Part shown: positions 22,501 through 30,300 of the stretch, in pieces | How positions within the stretch are numbered: the first letter of the stretch is position 1 | Layout: each line of letters starts with the position of its first letter | Source of the DNA: an uncultured Gammaproteobacteria bacterium | Lineage (GTDB): Bacteria > Patescibacteriota > Patescibacteriia > Magasanikbacterales > UBA922 | DNA length: 49,744 bases | Assembly (NCBI GenBank): GCA_964349825.1 | Contig: CAYGHM010000004.1 | Coordinates: forward strand, 1-49,744 | Direction: 5' to 3' | The notes under the pieces: generated by a model | Seen by the model: only the letters and a program-made list of their open reading frames with translations | Databases searched by the model: none | What the model was told of the DNA's origin: nothing | Made by a program: the position numbers and the translations under genes

Positions 22501-22574
22501 TTATGCCTTTGTATACCACGCAAAAAACAATCATCAAAGAAACAGAAACGGAAGAAGTGTTTGAATCAGTATAA
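19530..22574 (+). CDS. Secreted M23 (LytM-type) peptidase fused to a long C-terminal beta-helix-like region (1,014 aa)
   Basis: Signal peptide MLRRVLFLVCCSFCFVLPATAAE. M23 motifs HVNKDRYALD (HxxxD), GGGYGRNVILDHEDGTISRYAH, GYQGNTG and GTHLHFSF (HxH). A Pro/Ser/Thr linker is followed by about 450 aa with repetitive beta-helix-like periodicity. Confidence 0.8.
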   Translation: MLRRVLFLVCCSFCFVLPATAAELLRLPYAAGESMLVSRGYDTPATHVNKDRYALDFVQGGCISFGKEVRAVRSGVVSFVNTKDTWGGGYGRNVILDHEDGTISRYAHFSAYANQIGKGMFILRGQTIGYQGNTGNVLGAACKEHPGTHLHFSFLQQGQPIKPEPMSLYEQFVPGNWYRSDNIYPDSGVDNIIKQDVPSSQIINKPEESWIISLWRAVTSFFHTDSNQEQVKQEQNNSDQKDVQLNQVILPAKENIQPLSVQGAFELQEIIVDVPVGAKEISVPVRVQNTGKSTWPSSSISLNVVGGEKIALPFHHSTWATYLRPSVIKEEVKPNTGNIIPVMITIPADTQYNEIQFQLVYFNEKQFSRIDTAYVKIKLVRTSSDVVMLPEEKLNAPQEIAVSHTPSLAPALLYIPEVKPSNVPVSSGPNIQLAYTSNPETPLVVAMAPDIFYSQPYADPVPLYLSTSSVQTVSSTPLEVHTTSTISIEQVVDITTSSPPIIEEIGIPSIENGTVITLPSSTPNTFSTSTDIVVTSSEKISPIVDTGPMITIPLYCGGIPGANIVSSTGYLDIIEAQYLRTSMFDDKNTVLLTAENGPYVFGPDTRIPKGKILLIQEGVVLMGVDKNAMFEVEGEIRADGSENKPIRMTSACDEKAQQPGDWSYIHIAPGGVGTLKRVHITYAGNPFTLSYGTLASSDVVSRVIFNQGGTLQLDQVKIDKSYVLTTNELLNAYVWTEHASDFSPTTVSEYSSYSDGFAAIHYEGKNDNQRITGKIIGNTFTHFSSSRGPLSFYRDMPFMGSVFMENNVNNSIYLSDVHIIDSVQLQKDITYLLSGITIEKNASLYVPAGIVFRLLPGTDIFVNGELIVEGTEEHPVIIQADSTLWGSIIFSEAKGKMVGVDMSGGGLSLSTPPGRSRMVYVVNSTVSVDDAYIHDSRVPGALVEADHSTMIISNSIFSWASRPIVSSWITYGIFMNDGEVSLDDNIFHNVVMPLYTTQKTIIKETETEEVFESV

Positions 22575-22645
22575 AGCATTGAACGTGAGTCAATTTGGGA
22601 ATACATGGACACATTCCTGTTTTCTAAGGTTAATAAATAATGGTC

Positions 22646-22674
22646 TTGCACCCTTTCTCTCAATCGGGTACAGT
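22646..22674 (+). promoter_or_regulatory. Candidate promoter TTGCAC-17-TACAGT for rsmA; implies a leaderless mRNA
   Basis: The -10 box ends 9 nt before ATG 22684, and there is no SD. Confidence 0.4.
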
Positions 22675-22683
22675 ATTATCACT

Positions 22684-23514
22684 ATGAACTCTCAACTCTT
22701 CAATCCATCATATCTCAAAGAGCTTTGCGTGCAGTACCATTTGCAACCAAGCAAAGAATATGGCCAGAATTATCTCCTCAATGCTGCACCGATCCTCGCA
22801 ATGGTTAAGGCTGGGGCAATAGAAAAGACAGACACGATTGTTGAAGTTGGACCAGGGTTTGGGGTTTTAACTTTTGCTCTTTTGGAACAGGCTGGACATA
22901 TTATTGCGTTTGAAATTGAAAAAAAGATATTTGGCTATTGGGATGCACTTCAGGAAACCCATTCAAATCTTGATGTACGGTGGGGGAATGTTCTCAGAGA
23001 GTTTCCGGTTATGCAGCATACAATCAATGGGCCGTATAAAGTGATAGCAAATGTTCCGTATCATATTACCGCCTTATTATTGCGATTATTTTTGGAAGCA
23101 GAGCATAAACCGGAGCGAATTGTTATCATGGTTCAAAAAGAAGTGGCAGATCGCATGTGCGCAAAACCAGGGGATATGAGTTTATTATCCGCCTCTGTTC
23201 AATTTTACGGAAAACCAAAGATTATTACCAAAGTATCAAAAGGAAATTTTTGGCCACAACCAAAAGTTGATTCTGCTGTCATTGCAATCACTGATATTGA
23301 GAGTCGGGAAGATTCTGCTACTTTTTTTACTCTTGCCCGCGCAGGATTTGCGAACAAACGTAAGCAGTTGTGGAGAAATCTTGCTGATGCAACAGGAATT
23401 CCAGGTCCAGAAATGCAAAAGGTATTAGAAGAAGTGACAGGAGATGCCCGAGCGCGTGCCCAAGAATTGTCCATTGACCAATGGGTCAAACTAGGAAGTA
23501 TCCTCAAGATTTAA
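22684..23514 (+). CDS. rsmA: 16S rRNA (adenine1518/1519-N6)-dimethyltransferase
   Basis: KEYGQNYL, VEVGPGFGVLT SAM-binding motif and ANVPYHIT. ORF 22456 overlaps the previous gene, so the start was moved to ATG 22684 (MNSQLFNPSYL). Confidence 0.9.
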   Translation: MNSQLFNPSYLKELCVQYHLQPSKEYGQNYLLNAAPILAMVKAGAIEKTDTIVEVGPGFGVLTFALLEQAGHIIAFEIEKKIFGYWDALQETHSNLDVRWGNVLREFPVMQHTINGPYKVIANVPYHITALLLRLFLEAEHKPERIVIMVQKEVADRMCAKPGDMSLLSASVQFYGKPKIITKVSKGNFWPQPKVDSAVIAITDIESREDSATFFTLARAGFANKRKQLWRNLADATGIPGPEMQKVLEEVTGDARARAQELSIDQWVKLGSILKI

Positions 23515-23558
23515 TCTATTCATGCTGTGCAAACAGCATGGAAATGTACCCCAAGTGG

Positions 23559-23583
23559 CAGCGCGATTTATCGCGCTGTTTTT
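23559..23583 (+). terminator. Intrinsic terminator after rsmA
   Basis: 8-bp stem CAGCGCGA/TCGCGCTG with loop TTTA, followed by TTTTT. It is preceded by a second perfect hairpin CATGCTGT-GCAA-ACAGCATG (23521-40). Confidence 0.8.
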
Positions 23584-23643
23584 GTATCCTCTACCTGTTA
23601 ATAAAATCCCCTACACAATTACATTCCTCTCTTCTTTTTTTTG

Positions 23644-23652
23644 TGCTATACT
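23644..23652 (+). promoter_or_regulatory. Extended -10 element (TGCTATACT)
   Basis: TGnTAnnnT lying 19 nt upstream of ATG 23671. Confidence 0.45.
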
Positions 23653-23670
23653 GTGAGTATCTATTTCCCT

Positions 23671-24366
23671 ATGTCACTGAACGAATTTGAGTCCCAGTTG
23701 ACCAAAGAGCAAAAGACAGGTTTTGTCTTGTTGCTTCTTTTTGCTATCATGACGGTGGGGCTTGGTTTTTTGCAGCTTCGTAATACGATTTATTCTCCAT
23801 TTGTCATTCGTCTTTCGAACAAAGAAAAAACGATTGAAATTCAGGATGATGCAACTCGTCTGCAATCTATCGATACAGATAGAGATGGGTTAAATGATTA
23901 TGACGAAATTACCTTTTACCAAACAAGTGCCTATTTGCCGGACACTGATTCTGATGGAAAAACGGATAAGCAAGAGATAGATGCCAAAACCAATCCACTT
24001 TGTGCGGAAGGAAAAATCTGTGATACGTCAGATCTCCCCGAATCGGATAGCGCCGAAAAAGAATTGGTGGATAAAGCAAGTAAGACACAAACACCGCTTG
24101 ATGTAACTGGTGGTTCTCTCAATAATACCGGGCAAGCGAGTGTCCAGCCAACACAACAAGCGTCTGGAGTGCCGGATGTCAATGCGCTCATAAATGATCC
24201 CAAACAGTTACGAACGTATTTACTCGGGACAGGAAAAATTACCGAACAGCAGCTCTCACAAATTGATGATGCAACCCTCCTTGAAAGTTTTAAGGCAGCA
24301 TATCAGCAGACTGCGGCCCAGTCACCAGGAGCGGTGACCACTTCTACTAAAACGTCCTCACCATAA
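23671..24366 (+). CDS. Membrane-anchored protein with thrombospondin-type-3-like Ca-binding repeats
   Basis: TM helix GFVLLLLFAIMTVGLGFL. DTDRDGLNDYDE and DTDSDGKTDKQE (DxDxDGxxDxxE) at nt 23872-24003. The start was chosen at ATG 23671, downstream of the -10 box. Confidence 0.6.
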   Translation: MSLNEFESQLTKEQKTGFVLLLLFAIMTVGLGFLQLRNTIYSPFVIRLSNKEKTIEIQDDATRLQSIDTDRDGLNDYDEITFYQTSAYLPDTDSDGKTDKQEIDAKTNPLCAEGKICDTSDLPESDSAEKELVDKASKTQTPLDVTGGSLNNTGQASVQPTQQASGVPDVNALINDPKQLRTYLLGTGKITEQQLSQIDDATLLESFKAAYQQTAAQSPGAVTTSTKTSSP

Positions 24367-24370
24367 CGGT

Positions 24371-27300
24371 ATGAATAGGAATTCCTCCCCCAAAAAACAA
24401 CGGCTAGGTATCAGTATATTATTGAGCGTATTTGTCACAGTCCAATTTTTGGGCTTTTTTGCTTTTCCAAGCCAAGTAAAAGCGCAAGGAGCCCCTGTCT
24501 TCGATGCGGCAAACTTTGGACAATTAGTAAAAAACGGAATTGTTGAAGTGTTGGAAGCTTCTGCTATGGGCGCACTTTTGAACGGAGCATCATATTTCAT
24601 GCGAAAAATCGCGTATGATACTGCGAGCTATCTTGCAAATGGAGGAAAAGGGCAATCTGCGCTTGTCTTTAAAAAAGGATGGGGAAGTTATCTTGAAGAT
24701 GTGAGTGGAAATGCGGCGGCATCTGCCATTGATCAATTAGGGAAACCATTTGGATTAGACCTCTGTAAGATGCCAAGCGTTGGTTTTCAAGTTGATTTAC
24801 AGATTGGCTTAAGAAGTTTATATGGAACACCGTCGTTAGATGGTGTGGGTGCTGGCCCTGAACCAAGCTGTAGTTTTCAGAAATTAAAAGAGGGGTGGAA
24901 AGATTGGGATAATCTTGATGTCCAAGGAGAAAAATTGTCCAATGCTTTCGGAGCGTCTCTTACTGTGAGTCAATCTGATTTTGGTATTGCTTTAAATGCG
25001 GTTGAACAGGTGGACCGTTTGGTTGCCAAACAACGTTTTGAGAAGTTGGCTGAACGTGGTGAAGGCGGCGGATTTAAAGCTGTCACTGATTACATTTCTG
25101 GGGATATTAAAACTCCGGCAGAAGTGGTGAAGGAAGAATCAAAAACATTGAGTGGACCAAATCAAACTCAGTTGACCATGAGTCAAATTGCTGGTGTTTA
25201 TGGATCGGGTGCTTTACAGGTATTTTCCATGGCCGGATCAGTATTTCTTAATACCCTTATTTCACAGGGCTTAAATAATCTGTTCACCAAAGGATTGGTC
25301 CCAAATAATAAAGGAACAAGCGCGGTAGTGGATTTTTACGCACAAAGCATACTTAATAATAAAAAAGCAGTTGAAAAAGCATTTAATTATTTATTTACAG
25401 CCGTACCTAAAAAACAGATTACTAAATACGAAGCGCTTGTTGAGCTTGAGGCATGCTCTGATCAACCAGGATTGAATAACTGTGTTATTGATAATAAGCT
25501 ACGTGATCTTATTGCATTGGCAAAACTTGAAAAACCGTTGACGATTCGCGAAGCGATGAATAAAAATTATCTCAATAAAGGATGGCCACTTATTTCCCCA
25601 GCTCGAGACGAAAATGATGATTTTGATTGCCGGAATAAGGGATATTGTTATTCTAATTTGCAAAAATTAAGAAAATTACGCGTATTTCCAATCGGTTTTG
25701 AATTAGCGGCATTACGTTCTGATCCAGATCAGCCATGGACACTTGAACAAGTTGTTAATGGGTTTGAAGATTGTACGATTGATTCAGTTACCGGAAAAGC
25801 AATTCCTGATTCAAAAAAACCATTTTGCCATTTGATTGATCCAAATTGGATTGTTCGTTTGCCGGAAGCTCATTGTGAAAGTAAGGTCTATGGGCCAGTA
25901 CTATTGTCAGCACAGACGGCAGATCGTCGTGAGGAATGTGTGGATATTACCACTTGTATTACCGAAGGACCGAATGGCGAATGTGTTAACGATCAAACAT
26001 ATGCATACTGCACACGGGAAAAGAATATTTGGCGTATTGGCGCAAACAGTTGTTTGCCTCAGTATAATACTTGTAAAAGTTATCTAGATAATAAGGGCAC
26101 AGTTCGTTCTTATCTTTCTCGTACACTTGATTATGGTACTTGTAGCGCCCAGTCTGTTGGTTGTGCCGCATATAGTTTTGCGCAAAATGTAAATGGGTGG
26201 GTGAGTACTCCTAACGTTTCAATTGATAAAAAAATTGCCGGTGATGTGCAAGTTGCCTTCTTTAATAAGAATGTCGCAAATTATTCCTGTGTTCCAGATG
26301 ACGAGGGAACATCAGAATTTTATCAAGTAAAGAAGGAAGGGGATGTATATGTAAAAAATACAGATCCAGAAATTAAGCCGGTTTATCTTAAAAAAGCGCC
26401 AGATTATCTTGGGTGTTATGATATTGATGGTGGAACACCGGGTATTCAGTATCCAAAAAATACTATTGATCTTGATAAACTTCCTCAAAAAGAAGAGTGT
26501 AAACAATTTGCAAGCGCATGTTTGCCAGAAGAAACACAATGTCAATCATTTACCCCAAAGAAGGGCGGCGAACCGATTCCAGGTATTATTGGCGCAAATG
26601 GTTGTGCAGCATCGTGTGTAGGCTATGATACCTTCAAACAAGAGCCAACCCAATTTGAAGTAGCTAAATATCCTTTATATTTCATTCCTGCTAAGGGAGA
26701 GAGTTGTTCATCAGACCACGCTGGATGTACTGAGTTTACCAATTTAGAAGGCGGTGCGAACGGAGAAGAATTGGCCTATTTTAGCGCGATTAAATATTGT
26801 GAAAAACCAACAGGCAGTAATTTAAAGACATATTATTCTTGGGAAGGTGACCAAGAAAAAGGGTATGTCTTAAAAGTGCATAAATTGCGTCCGTTTACCG
26901 CTCAGGATGCGGATTATATCAATCAGCTTCAGGATGTAAATATTTCTGCACAGTTTGTTGCGGGGACACCAGCCTATGCTGATGATAGAAAGCAAGAGCT
27001 TGTTGGGAATGCGGCAGTGTGTAATGAAAAATTATATAATGCCTATATTAATGGAACCAAAGATCAAGAGAAATTTAATGTCGATTGTCGGGCATTCTAT
27101 GATGAAGCAGGACAAGTTTCCTATCGTTTACTTGCAAAAACAATTACCATATCTGAAGATTGCGCGGTACTCCGAAAAACTACATCTGAATTCCATAAAG
27201 ATGACTATATTAAAGATGTAAAAATTTGTACCGATAGAGGTGGTAAATTTGAAAATAATTTCTGTATGCGCTGTACAGGCGGCGGATTCTTTAAAGACAA

Positions 27301-30300
27301 TAGTTGTGTCTATAGCGCTATTGTCGGTGAAGAGGGTTCTACTGGCTGTCCTGCAGAAGCAAATGGTTGTCGTGAATATACGGGAAACTCTGGAAATAAT
27401 ACGATCCCTGTTCTTACCAATGACTTTGAAGGGACTACCGCTCTTGCTGGCTGGTCTGTGGATGGCGGTGGAGATGTAAAAGTTGCTGCTGAGTCCATTC
27501 AAGTAGGATTACACTCCCTACAAGTTACCGGTGAGACGACAAAACGTGAATTGCCATCTGCTGTGACTGAAGACGGTTGGTATGAGCTTAGTTTTTGGGT
27601 GCGTGGTACGCCTCAAGCACTTACCATTTCTTTTGGACCGAGTACGGAAGCGTCACCGGCAGTAGAATTTACCAAAAATCCACAAACCAATGTATCAACT
27701 CCAATTTCTATTAATAATAGCTGGAGATTGTACAGACTCGGCCCTGTTTATTTGCCAAAAGGTGCTGCAAAAAATAATATTTCATTTAGTCGAAGCGGAA
27801 ATACCGCATACTTCTTGGATTCACTTGAGCTTCGTCAGGTAACTGGGGACGACAATTTATTCCGTATCAAAGATTCTTGGAAACAAACTGTTCCGTTTGG
27901 CGCTGATGTGGTGAATGCTGATGTACCGCTTATTTGCGATCCTGACCCAACGGATGATCTTCCAGGATTTGCTTTGGGTTGTTCTGCATATACAGATGGA
28001 AATGGACAAGATAAATTTGCTACGGGATTTGAACAATTATGTCGTCCAGAAGCAGTAGGCTGCCAACCATTGATTGATACATATAATACCGTCGAAGGAA
28101 CTGATGAAGAAAAAGCACATGTATATAATGCTATTTGTGCTGTTCCTGCCGATGTATCAACGGTGACGCCATGTAAGATTGTGGTTGCAGGAAAAGAATA
28201 TGGTAATGGCTGTTCAATTTTGATTGGGGAAAAGAGCTGTGCGGTAAAAGATTTTGCTGCCACAACCGGAGAGTTGCAGGCATTAAAACCATACATTACC
28301 GCTTCAACGATCGTTATTCCTGCAGATACGCTCGCGTCTGATCCGGTATTTCTAACGAATAGAGCGAACTTCCGTCGCAGTCCACAAGTATTGGGATGTC
28401 AAAAAGTAGCGCGTGAAAATCAAAAGATTCCAGGTGTTCAGACATCCGCGTATACATTTGAAAAAGAACAATTTATAAAGAATAATCCTGCGAATTATGG
28501 CACGATTCTTTGTGATGCAACCCAGGTAGGTTGTAGTGAATTTTCGGACGACAATACAAAATCGTATTTCAAAGATCCGCTTTTGAGTGGAAATGCATTA
28601 TGTGAATATCACGAGATAAAAGTGGGATTGGATACATTCTCAGGTTGGTTTAAATCTGGTGTTGGAGAATGTGCGAATAATCCTGCACAATTGTGTCGTG
28701 AAGATACTTCGGATACAGATTGCGGAAAAGGCATTGCATGTAATAAAGTAGGCGAATTGCAGTGTTACAACAATTATATTGATCAAGCGGGACAATATGG
28801 TATTTGGTCAAATAAATCTAATAACTATACCGGTCTTGTAGGTATTTGTGGTGAAGATCAGAATCAATGTAATGAAATCGTTGATCCACAAGATGTTTCC
28901 CTTCAGAATCCAAAAGGAAAACCGTATTATGTCATTTTTGATGACGAGGTAAAAGACCGTCAGGCAAAATGTTCTGGTGTTAGTCTTGATGAGGGTTGTA
29001 TCCTTTTTGATAAAACCGAAGATCCGAACAAAAAATATTCTAGTGAATTAACGTATAAGGAAAGTCGAAAGAACGGAAATAAAGTGGTAGCGCCAAAAAA
29101 TGCAACCGGACAATTTTTGGGTGATACAAATATTGTTTTAAAAGTAGATCGCGATCGACAGTGTAGTGAATGGCTATCATGTAGTAATTCGATGGTAATA
29201 AAAGATAAAGATACAGGAGAAAATCAGAGAATTTGTGCTGATTATCGTGCTTGTGTGAAAGATGATAAAGGTAAATGTTTATCTTGGAAACAAAATACCC
29301 ATAATGATGCGTATCTTTCCGAGGAAGATTATATTTCGCGAGATACAGATTGGTATGCAAATGAATATGTTGGATACTCTCTCTTGAATAAGTATCAGGT
29401 GCATTATTATTCCTATATTCGAGTATCGAGTACTGCATACGCCGTGTATAAGATGGATGAATCATCATTTGATGATTATCCAGATCTATCTTGTTTGAAG
29501 ACGGATGATACACCAAAAGATGATTGGATTGAATGCGGCTTTAGTCAAGATAAAAACGGAAATGGACAGGGGCGTTGCTATAAGGGTGCGTGTATTTATC
29601 CGTTGACGGGTAAATTCCCAGATAAAATGTCAGCAAGTAAAGATAATTTTGAACAAGCATTGCAAGTATTGGGACCTGAACGGTATCAGTGTAAAGCATT
29701 TCCTGAACCAACAAGTCCGTATCCTCGTACTATTGTAAAGAAATTTGAAACGAGACCTTCTGATTTTGGCCCAAGAGATATTTTCCTAACAAAAGCAACA
29801 GGTTTTGGTGAGGCAAACGTATGTCAAAATGGAGATTGTTCATGTAAATACACTAAGGTAGAGTATAAAGGAATATCAGAAGTAGATTATTGGGATGTCG
29901 GAAAAAATATACAAGACATGGGTGTTTGTCAGGGTGGAGACAAAGACGGAAGATTCTGTAAAACAAATACTGATTGCGAAGGTGGAAACGGTATATTTAG
30001 TGGTAGCACCTGTGCAAAAATAAGCAAAATAGAAACACGAGAAGGATTACATGGTCTTTGTTTGGAAGAAGACAGAAGCCGTTTGATTAACGGGGCGGAT
30101 CAACAGTCATGTCTTACTTGGTTGCCGGTTGATTCAGGATTTAATGGAGTGGATAATTATAATTTTGTTCCAGAATCTGGGTACTATCCTTCTTTGGATT
30201 CCTCAAAAGACGGTGGTGAACTTTATTGTGTTGCAGGAGCAACAGGAAGAGACAGAACTCAGGATCCAGCACATCAAGTACCTCATAATGTACCGAGTTC

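Noticed and set aside
22456-22683. Long N-terminal extension of the rsmA ORF, overlapping the M23 gene end
   Set aside because: The extension overlaps the upstream CDS and the intergenic promoter, and is hydrophobic and basic junk. The conserved RsmA N-terminus begins at ATG 22684.
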